Shown: in pieces, positions 55,601-64,000 of the stretch
How the letters are laid out: each line of letters starts with the position of its first letter
How positions within the stretch are numbered: the first letter of the stretch is position 1
Assembly (NCBI GenBank): GCA_037379345.1
Contig: CM074519.1
Coordinates: forward strand, 22,532,103 to 22,596,102
Source of the DNA: Perna viridis
Lineage: Eukaryota
Reading direction: 5' to 3'
Length of the DNA: 64,000 bases
Position numbers and translations under genes: made by a program
The notes under the pieces: model-generated
The model's input: only the letters and a program-made list of their open reading frames with translations
The model's database searches: none
Told to the model about the DNA's origin: nothing

Positions 55601-56848
55601 CAAAATAGGTTGTGCCGACCGCTTGTGTTCTATTGTAAAATGAGTAAATGAAATTAAAGTTATGGCTTGAAAATGGTTTTCCTTAAATAGCCGGTGTTAC
55701 AATTTTCAAATCATTCTGAAATTTGCATTGCTTCTGGTTTAATCTAAAATTACTGCTAAAATGTCAAAACCGCCGGCTAAACGTCGTCGTATTGAATTAA
55801 CGCTAGAAGACAAAATTAATTTAATCAAAGAATCTGAAAGTTTTCCAAAACCATCTCAGAAATCGTTAAGTGAAAAATTCGGTGTAGGAAAAACGACCGT
55901 TTCCGATATTTTAAAGAGAAAATCAGAATATCTTGCAAATTATGATAACAATGACAATTTGAAGAAATTTAGATTTGGTAACAAAAGTAAACATGACAAT
56001 TTGAACGATCTGATGTGGGACTGGTTCCGTCAAGCTCGAGACAAGGCTATTCCGATTTCCGGGCCTATTTTACAAAGCAAAGCCTTAGAATTTGCCAGTC
56101 AGTTAGACATTTCCGATTTCAAAGCCTCAAACGGGTGGTTAGAAAAATTTAAGAGTCGCCATGCTATTAAAGCGTTTACCGTTAGTGGAGAAAGTGCCGG
56201 TGTAAATGTAGAAACTGTTGATGAATATCGCTCGCGTATTCCAGAAATTTGCTCAGATTTTGAACCTTGTAAAGAGTACGATTACTCTTTAATTAAAAAC
56301 AACAATACAACTTTTACGTTTATTCTTGATTTGAACACAAACATACACAAATACCTATCAAAGGATGTGTGTAGAAACATACAAACAGTGCAATCAGATA
56401 ATCATCAATAGGACCGGATCGATCACAAGATCAATAACATTGTACTTCCGTTATCCATATACGGAACGGATACGAAAATTTCTCTGAAAACCGGCCGATT
56501 TCTTTGGTCCCATGGGCAGCCGGTTTTCAGAGGCTCCACTGTATTAAAATTTGGATGTACAATTTTGTCATCTTCCCAGGGCACTTTTGACATTTATGTG
56601 GTTCGACCAAGGCTTGATTAACCGATCACGTGACTCATTTTATTGGCACGTTTTAACATTTTGTTGATCTTTTCGTGTTTGGGAAGTTTTATTCTATGAA
56701 CTTGTATACTAAAAATATGAACATCGACGAAATTTCGCGTATATAATGTGTGTTTAAAAGTAGCTCGCTTTTGTAGATAAAAATATGGCAATCTATAACG
56801 TTTTTCCTTAACACACCCGCAAAGTCCCGGCACTTCGTGTTCGGGGAC

Positions 56849-56879
<31 letters not shown>

Positions 56880-59800
56880 GAAGAAGAAGAATAAGAATAA
56901 TAAGAATAAGAATAAGAATTGCCATGGCGAGCAATGTCTCCCCCGGCAACCATTTAAGTTACCAATTTTAACATTGTATTGTTATGCCTATACAACTCGT
57001 TTCACAGACCTATTTTCTTCCAAATATACAGAGGAAGATGTTTATAAAATGCCGGAATTTTTATAAGAAATAATTCCAAATCATCTTCCAAATATACAAA
57101 AGAAGATGTTTACAAAATGCTGAAATTTTTAATCGACAACATATTTGTCCAGTGTGGTGGACGTGTTTTTCAACAAACGGTCGGCATTCCAATGGGTACA
57201 AATTGTGCTCCTTTACTTCCTGACCTATTTCTTCACTCTTATGAGGCTGACTTTATAGCTGATTTGATCAGAAAGAAAGCATATCGTTTGACTAGATCCT
57301 TCAATCTCAGTTTCCGCTATATTGATGACGTATTATCTTTAAACAATCCTAATTTCGGGGATTTGATACATCGCATCTACCCAAAAGAACTTGAGATAAA
57401 GGACACTACAGACACTGTGAAGTCAGCCTCATATCTTGACCTACACTTAGAAATCGATGGTAAAGGAAAACAATTGACCAAACTTGTTGACTTTCCATTC
57501 AGAATTGTCAACTTTCTTTTCATCTGTGGCAACATCCCTTCGGCTCCTGCGTATTAAGTGTTCATATCACAACTAATACTTTATGCCAGAGCTTGCCAAA
57601 ACTACGCGGACTTTGTATCGCACTAGAACTCTAACAAATAGGCTTCTGGAACAGGGTTATGTTGCTACAAGATTGAAGTCATCACTACAGAAGTTTTATG
57701 GTCGTCATCATGAACTCGTGGATCGTTATGATGTATCCATCAGCACTATGAAAACCGATTTATCCAACTGGTCATAGTTTTCCTTTCCTCGTTTGTCTAC
57801 CCCGGACTTGACTTTTTATGAGCAACTCGGCGGGTGTTTCTAGAAAAGCAGAGGACACTTACCCAACCGATGCACCTGGTCCATGCTCCCAGTTTTTAGT
57901 GGAGTCCGAGTTGCTCATTTACTTTTGTTACTTTATATGTATGGTTTTATTTACTTTATGTTCTTTGTTGTGTATGTCTGTTTTCCATGTCTGGTCTTTG
58001 TCCCTGGATAACATTCTTTTGATTACCGCTATAACCTTGGTTCCCTTGATTACTCTTTCAAATTTGTAGCTATTGATGTTGTTGAGATAAACTATGTCCT
58101 AGATTGTTCAATGAATAAAAAACTTGTGGCCGTGTGAAAAAAAGTGGATTTTATTAGGCTTTCTAAATTGTACCATCATGCGAAATTTCAAGTTTCTAGC
58201 CACCTAGGTTTTTGAGATATTGCAGTGCATAGATTATGAACTTTGGTAACCATTATGAAAATGGCGGCATGTCGGCGGAAATTTTTTATACGAATTCCGA
58301 GATATAAAGAAGACGCAGCATACATCAAAGTTTCATTAAAATTGCTTACCAATAAAAAAAGTTCTAGGTGTGAGAAAAAAAGCGGATTTTGGGATTCATG
58401 AAATTTTTACTTTTTTCGTTGCCATGGCAACTGACAACATATCGATTCACTTTTGTTTTGCATATCTTTATTAGGCACATTGAATGCTACCACCATACAA
58501 AATTTCAAATTTTCCTAGCCATCTAGGTTTCCGAGTTATTGCAATGTCCTAGATTATTAACTTGCGCGTTTCCATGGAAACAAAAGTAAATTTTTTTCAC
58601 CAAATATTCTGGTGCATCCCTTCCCCATACCATCTACTTCCATACCAAATTTCAATTCATTCCCTTCAGTGATGCTCTCTAAAATCTCTGGACAAAACAC
58701 ATTGGAAGAAAAATCATAATCATTATAAAAACAATAACTAGAATTGCCAATGCTAGCAATAACAAATGTTTCCCCCGGCAACCGTTTAAGTTCCAAATTT
58801 TAATATTGTATTGTTACGCCAATTGAACTCCTTAGACAGACCTATTTACAAATTTGTAGCTATTCATGTTTTGAGATAATGCAGTGTCCCATATTGTGAC
58901 CTAAGGCAGCCATTTTTAAATGGCAAATTTTTGTCAGAATTTTAGCTTGGATTCCGAGGTCTGACTGATACGCATTATATTACTCTGTTTCATTAAATTT
59001 GTTCGATGAATAAAAAACTTATGGCCGTGTGAAAAAAGTGAGTTTTGGAATCCATGAAATTTTGAGTTTTTCGTTGCCATGGCAACAGACAACATATCGA
59101 TTTACTTTTTTTTTGCTTTATTTTATTAGGCTCTTTAAAATGTACCACCATACCATATTTCAAGTTTCTAGCCACCTAGATTTTCGAGATATTGCAATGT
59201 CCTTGATTATGAACTTTGATAGCCATTTTCAAAATGACGGCGTATCCGCGAAAATTTTTTATGTGAATTTCGAGATAATAATGAGACGCAGCATACAACA
59301 AAGTGTTACTAAAATTGCCTACTAAATAAAAAAAAGTTATAGGTGTGAGAAAAAAGTGGAATTTGGAATTCATTTCGTTGCCATGGTAACTGTCAACATA
59401 TCAATTCACTTTTTTTGCTTAATTTAATGAGGAACATTAAGTTCTACCACCATAACAAATTTCAAATTTTCAGCCACCTAGGTATCCGAGAAATTGCAAT
59501 GTCCTAGATAATGAACTTTTCATGTTTCCATGGAAACGGTAGCCATTTTTCAATACATCCGTACCAAGTTTCAATTTATTCCCTTCAGTGATGATCTCTA
59601 AAAACTGTTGACAAGAATCATTGAAAGAAAAAAAATAAGAAGAAGAAGAACCAGAACAAAAGTAATATGTCGCCCAGACCTTCGTGTGGGGCGACATAAT
59701 AATAATAAGAAAAAGTACAATAACGATATGTCGCCCCAACATTCGTCTGGGGCGACATAATAACTAGAATTGCCATTGCGAGCAAGTATCTACCGGCCTA

Positions 59801-62623
59801 AATTTCTGAAATATTGCAATGTCCTAGATTGTCACCTTTGGTGGCCATTTTATAAATGGTGGCAATCAGGTAAAAATAAATGATACGAACTCCGAAATTT
59901 CAATGAGACACAGCAAACAACAAAGTTTCATTAAAATTGCCCACTAAATAAAAATGTTATAAGCGTGAGAAAAAAGTTGATTTTGGTAACCATGAAATTT
60001 TCCGTTTTTCGATGGCAATGGACAACATATCGATCCGATCTGTTTGAATAATTTTATTAGACTCATTAAGTACTACCACCTTACCAAATTTCAAATTTCT
60101 AGCCACCTAGATTTCCGAGATATTGCAATGTCCTCGATTATGACCTTTAGTGACCATTCTAAAAGGCAGCATGATTTCTGAGATTTCAATGAGACACAAC
60201 ATACAATAAATTTTCACTAAAATTTCCCACTGAATAAAATTCGTAGATGTGAGAAAAAGGGGATTTTGGTATTCATAAAATTTTCAGTTTTTTAAGTTGC
60301 CATGGCAACGGACAACATATTGATTTTTTTTTTGCTCAATTCTCTTAGCCTCATTGAGTTCTATCATCATATTAGATTTCAACTTTCTAGTCACCCAGGT
60401 TTTCAAGATATTGCAATATCCTAGATTATGACCTTTAAGCGTTTCATGGAACAGTAGTCAAAAGATCTGATTCATCCTTTCTCAATACGATCTACCTACA
60501 TACCAAAATCCAGTTCATTCCCTTTTGCGATGTTCTCTAAAATTTCTGGACAAAAATCATTAGAAGAAAAAAAAAGAAGAAGAAACAGAAGAGTAATAAT
60601 ATGTCACCCGACATTTGCGTAGGGCGACATAATAAAAAGAAGAAAAAAATGGCAATATGTCGCCTGATATTCGTCTTAATACATCATGATATGTTTTAAA
60701 TTGTGCTAGAAGCAAGTCACATTTCGCTTTCCCCAAATGTTCTCAGAACCCAAAAATATTGAATTATGCATACAATTTTGATGGCATGCACATCTTTGGA
60801 GTAAGTCCTAACTTCTTACAAAGTTTCGTTCTAATCCCCTCTTTACATGTAATTACCGAAAAAACGAGCAGACAATTGCAAGTTCACCGGTTAAAATAAT
60901 AATAATGATAATAATAATACAGAAGAAACAGTGCAAAAAGAAGTAGTGTTTTTAATAATAATAAACGAAGCAAAAACAATAAGTCGCAAAACTTTGTTTT
61001 GGCGACTAAAGTATGATTACTGACACGCTTTCCAAATAATGCTAGCTGCTTGATATCAATATAGAGGTCTCAGTCCTCGTCACCATTTTCAGTACGAACT
61101 TTATCATTGACATTACAGTCACCAAGAGCCTAATTTGAGTTTGTAGGGAGATTAACTTGTAATACCGAGTATGGACCTTTATAGGTTTCGTATTTCTAAC
61201 AAAAAACAAAATGTGTTCTGTCTGTTCATAGCTCGCATCTTAAAACATTTTGAAAAGTAATGAAGAAAAAAAAACCTAGTTGAAGCATGACCCTGCATGT
61301 AAATACATGTCTTTGGTTGACGTAATACTGTTAATATCATGATTTTCAATTTTAAGAATAGCTAAATATATAACTTTGTCCTCTTACATGTACAGGTTAC
61401 ACTTGCCTCATGTTAGGTTAATGCGTTACCCTTCTATAAAAAATATATCTATCGTATTGGAAATCTAACTTACAATAGTCTTTACTCCGATAGCCTTTTC
61501 TATAAGAACAGTATTGTTTTCATAAGTACCAAATGTCCATTTCATCTCTCGAACGCCACTGTGAACATCGAATGCTTTAAACTGTATTGCTATTTCCGAT
61601 AAGTCTATACTATGATGTACAAAAAGTTGTTTGTGTCCGTTCCGTGTTAACCAAATGTCAGATATTTCCGGAACAGAACGGTCAATGTACACGGAAACAC
61701 TGTCATTGAGTGTGTGATTCATTATATCTGAAACTTGTAAGTGTAATGTAAACTCTTCACCATCAGCTTTTGCTGGATCAGCACATAAAGTTTCTGAAGT
61801 AAAATTTCCAACACTACCAGAAAGGATTTGATTGCCATCTCTAGTAAGAACAAAATAGAATTGTATAAGTCCATTAACATTCATTGTACCGGAAATTGGT
61901 AAAACACCAGTAGTTTGATCATACACTCCATTAATACCGCGTTCGTGCAAAATTGGTCGGAGGGGATTGTTTTTTATATAGAAATTGTTGAAAAATCTCT
62001 TCGCCCAAGAGAAGCACAATTGTTCATGATTGGTTTGCCAACGATATTGTGTAAGATTAGAAGCCGTCTGAACACGAACAGGATTAAAATTGTTTATTTT
62101 AATTCTAGACGTATTGTCATACAGAACAAACCGTCTCGCTTGTTTGACATTGTTGGCAAAATCCTTCACCTCAAGTAAAACTGCGTATAGCATTGGACTC
62201 CGTTGGGGTAACTCGATAACAATGTTAGTTTTATTTTTCGAAGTCGTCCAATTCCCCACAGATGTTTTATCTCTCATAAGAAGTGCTGGATCTGAAGATG
62301 TAACTTCATACAGCTGAATTTCGTAACTCTCTATGCCAGAGGCTAATGCAATTGCATCTGAATTATAGTCCGGATAAGGATCGATCCAGCCATCTATGTC
62401 AAGATGTATAGTACTTGCAGATGTAACTCTTGTGGACAGTTTCAGAGGATTGTCGTTACAGCGTCCTCTTTCAAAACAATGCGTTGGAGCTGCATTATCA
62501 TATATATAGCAAAGTCTTCTGAAAGTTTCTGTTTTTTCATATGTTATGTTCTTTGTTCCATTTCGAGTCAAATCTTTAGGTTTCAAATAGCCCCCTCCTT
62601 TTAATACAAACGTTAGGCATAAT
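37432..62623 (-). CDS. Gene B: tandem paralogue of gene A, exons 8-20 (5' exons outside window); one +1 frameshift in exon 17 (assembly error or recent pseudogenisation)
   Basis: Complement of 61474-62623, 48714-49914, 46876-48230, 46012-46675, 45401-45517, 44378-44682, 43664-43771, 43297-43453, 42874-43057, 40886-42481, 39391-40662, 38436-38936, 37432-37697. Splice positions and phases match gene A; the only lesion seen is the T8 run at 41451-41458. Confidence 0.85.
38436..38936 (-). CDS. Gene B exon 19
   Basis: Overlaps ORF 38383-38931; 501 nt. Confidence 0.9.
39391..40662 (-). CDS. Gene B exon 18
   Basis: Within ORF 39386-40756; 1272 nt. Confidence 0.9.
40886..42481 (-). CDS. Gene B exon 17 (frameshifted at 41451-41458)
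   Basis: Split into ORFs 41440-42396 and 40851-41501; 1596 nt = A (1604) minus 9 plus 1. Confidence 0.85.
42874..43057 (-). CDS. Gene B exon 16
   Basis: 184 nt; ITWKQFFIYGVRYY...DTSPPIPG. Confidence 0.88.
43297..43453 (-). CDS. Gene B exon 15
   Basis: WYGFDDPHS; 157 nt; GT donor. Confidence 0.88.
43664..43771 (-). CDS. Gene B exon 14
   Basis: ATNGAGLRSYTVSLPLVIDSSPPPVGHV; 108 nt. Confidence 0.88.
44378..44682 (-). CDS. Gene B exon 13
   Basis: 305 nt (A plus two codons); tag/gtaag. Confidence 0.88.
45401..45517 (-). CDS. Gene B exon 12
   Basis: TNKGFDDVLSF...AYYATVT; 117 nt. Confidence 0.88.
46012..46675 (-). CDS. Gene B exon 11
   Basis: Within ORF 45974-46693; 664 nt. Confidence 0.9.
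46876..48230 (-). CDS. Gene B exon 10
   Basis: Overlaps ORF 46867-48108; 1355 nt. Confidence 0.9.
48714..49914 (-). CDS. Gene B exon 9
   Basis: Overlaps ORF 48634-49857; 1201 nt (A plus one codon). Confidence 0.9.
50030..51730 (+). mobile_element. Non-autonomous Helentron/HINE-like repeats (two or more pieces)
   Basis: Shares core blocks (tttctagccacc, gatattgcaatg, ccaagtttc, ggcagccatt) with 58060-60560; ends in hairpin AGTCGCAAAACTTCGTTTTGGCGACT plus (AAT)n. Confidence 0.6.
53865..54480 (+). mobile_element. Pearl/DINE-1-like (HINE) relics with degenerate ACGG microsatellite
   Basis: ggactgatggacggac and cggacggaccgacgaaccaacgaacggacg tracts, followed by a terminal hairpin-like atatccc...gggatat. 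Confidence 0.55.
55524..55633. repeat. 55-bp tandem duplication within the Tigger 5' region
   Basis: taaaaacagaaaatgaaaacttcaaaata(t/g)gttgtgccgaccgcttgtgttctat x2. Confidence 0.9.
55761..56411 (+). CDS. Truncated Tigger/pogo transposase: NLS, CENP-B-type HTH and Tc5-type HTH, no DDE domain
   Basis: PAKRRR; LTLEDKI...LSEKFGVGKTTVSDILK; WFRQAR...PISGPILQSKA...FKASNGWLEKFKSRH...VSGESA; homology ends near 56270. Confidence 0.85.
   Translation: MSKPPAKRRRIELTLEDKINLIKESESFPKPSQKSLSEKFGVGKTTVSDILKRKSEYLANYDNNDNLKKFRFGNKSKHDNLNDLMWDWFRQARDKAIPISGPILQSKALEFASQLDISDFKASNGWLEKFKSRHAIKAFTVSGESAGVNVETVDEYRSRIPEICSDFEPCKEYDYSLIKNNNTTFTFILDLNTNIHKYLSKDVCRNIQTVQSDNHQ
56850..56918. repeat. Compound (AAT)n/(AAG)n/(AATAAG)n microsatellite
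   Basis: Directly visible; follows the hairpin at 56823-56849. Confidence 0.92.
56912..61010 (+). mobile_element. Array of head-to-tail Helentron/HINE-like elements with internally repeated cores
   Basis: Shared heads (A)GAATTGCCA..GC.AGCAA at 56916, 58740 and 59767; repeated core ctagccacctag..gagatattgcaatgtcctagattatgaac; terminal GC-rich hairpins at 59667, 59728, 60601 and 60982. Confidence 0.65.
57016..58058 (+). mobile_element. 5'-truncated Penelope-like (Naiad-like) RT element nested in a HINE-like element
   Basis: MLKFLIDNIFV, QQTVGIPMGTNCAP, FRYIDD, SASYLDL; host sequence breaks at acagacctattt and resumes at caaatttgtagc (intact version at 58836-58862). Confidence 0.9.
61474..62623 (-). 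CDS. Gene B exon 8
   Basis: Overlaps ORF 61465-62586; tag/gtaagt; homologous to A exon 8. Confidence 0.88.
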
Positions 62624-64000
62624 CTAAAAATAATTGTGATGTTTGACGTGTGTTTGTATCACATAAAAAAAAGCATACAAAAAATATTTCCTGATAATTT
62701 CAATTTCTCAATGCTACGAAATGCATTTTTACTACTATGTTATTTGAAATTGACAAGTCTTATTCTATCGGTCATTGATTTTAAAAAAAGTCTTTTTTAT
62801 CCTTCAATAAATAAAAACTACACAGTTAAGCCCGAGTCAAAATTCATTTTTCGATCCTTAGGAGGAGACTTTATTTTTTATAATCTATACATTGAACTAT
62901 ATAGCCTTATATAAATAAACAATTCTATAAATTGCAAATAGCCCAGTGCGACTAATCATTGGACACCGTAGTTTTATTATCATAAGACATAATGCATGTA
63001 TAATATCGTAACGGGATGCATGTAACAACAATGCATACTAAAGCAAGTATATAAATGACATCGTAAATAACACATATATGGTCATATATTTTATTTTAAG
63101 ATACAAATAATGTGTAGTGAAACATTTCTATCACGGACGGCCTCGCCGGCTAGGAAAAACCACAAAACCCAACTTCTAGGTTGCGCAACTACTTTATATG
63201 TAGGAAAGTTCTGTGGAAACCTGTCAATACCCGATGCAAGAGACCGTCTCAAGAGTTATATTTGAACGAAGTATACGTTTAGAATATTGGGAAACATGAA
63301 ATAGAATATATATGTCTATAAGACATATTTATGAAATATTATTGAAAAATTTATGATAATAATAATAAAATTTAAGCAAAGACAAAAATATATCTATTAT
63401 ATTTCACTGAAACTTGAGTGTTGACCAGTCAGTTGTAGGCTAGAAAGTGATTACAAAGGGAAAATATTCCAGCTCAAAATCTACATCACGTGATAAATAT
63501 CCCGTGAAACATTTCACTAGTACCGTTAATACAATAATTTCCTAATATACTATCGAAATTTCGGAAATTATATTTTTTGTGATGTAATCGTGTGCTTTGA
63601 AAAGCGACAAAATACGTATTTATGTATTTTGACAATGTTACCTGACAATTATTCATATTTTCTACTCACTTAACATTTATATATAGAATACATGTACGTT
63701 GCCAGATAATATCAAATTTATTTGTACGAACATTAGAAGCAGGTCAGAACGCGCAAGTCTGTCGATCGATTCTCACTTATCTATTTCGCAGCGAGTACAA
63801 AACGATTTGATTATTTCCGGCAATGAACATGTATAGTTATATCCTACAATTGTATATTACAGTGAACAATCTTAAATATACGAAGATAAAATGATGAATT
63901 GTATCAGTCAATGTCATCTCTTGAATGCGGAAATAATATGAGGCATCCTACTGGTTACCGGTTTTCAAAATAAAAAAATGTTCAGAGACAATATTATGCT

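Larger units (their letters stand above)
55073..56541 (+). mobile_element. Internally deleted pogo/Tigger-like DNA transposon
   Basis: TA TSD (55071-72, 56542-43); imperfect TIRs CAGTGGAACTCCCCTAAACCGGC / CAGTGGAGCCTCTGAAAACCGGC; subterminal GAAAACCG repeats; transposase fragment inside. Confidence 0.9.

Noticed and set aside
56689-56949. Hydrophobic Ile/Leu-rich ORF resembling a membrane protein
   Set aside because: Translation of the (AAT)/(AAG) microsatellite.

Overview
AT-rich eukaryotic genomic DNA with spliceosomal introns, microsatellites and a 131-nt N gap. The repeat families suggest a bivalve mollusc (inference). The window holds two tandem minus-strand paralogues of a giant secreted protein. 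Copy A (complement 6348-30962) can be built by hand as a complete 20-exon, 9750-nt, in-phase CDS (~3249 aa). It encodes a signal peptide, an EMI-like domain (C..CGFLW..RC..CCPGY), two EGF-like domains and about 19 fibronectin-III/Ig-like modules (W-x-G-F-x-D-x-E/H-S-G-I ... N-x-A-G-L ... D-x-T/S-P-P), with no transmembrane anchor. Copy B (complement 37432-62623, exons 8-20; 5' exons lie outside the window) has the same exon structure. It carries one +1 frameshift in an A8 run and an intron expanded from 253 bp to ~11.6 kb by nested transposons. The paralogues are a mosaic of high and low identity, consistent with gene conversion or chimerism. Other points: a GC-AG intron in copy A only, a tandemly amplified branch-point repeat, and miR-184 8mer-like sites in a repeated 3' UTR unit. 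Mobile elements include Penelope-like fragments (a GIY-YIG end with a hammerhead-like motif, and several RT copies with a 3' hairpin), a deleted pogo/Tigger element, TTAA MITEs and Helentron/HINE-like arrays. No rRNA, intact tRNA or CRISPR array was seen.
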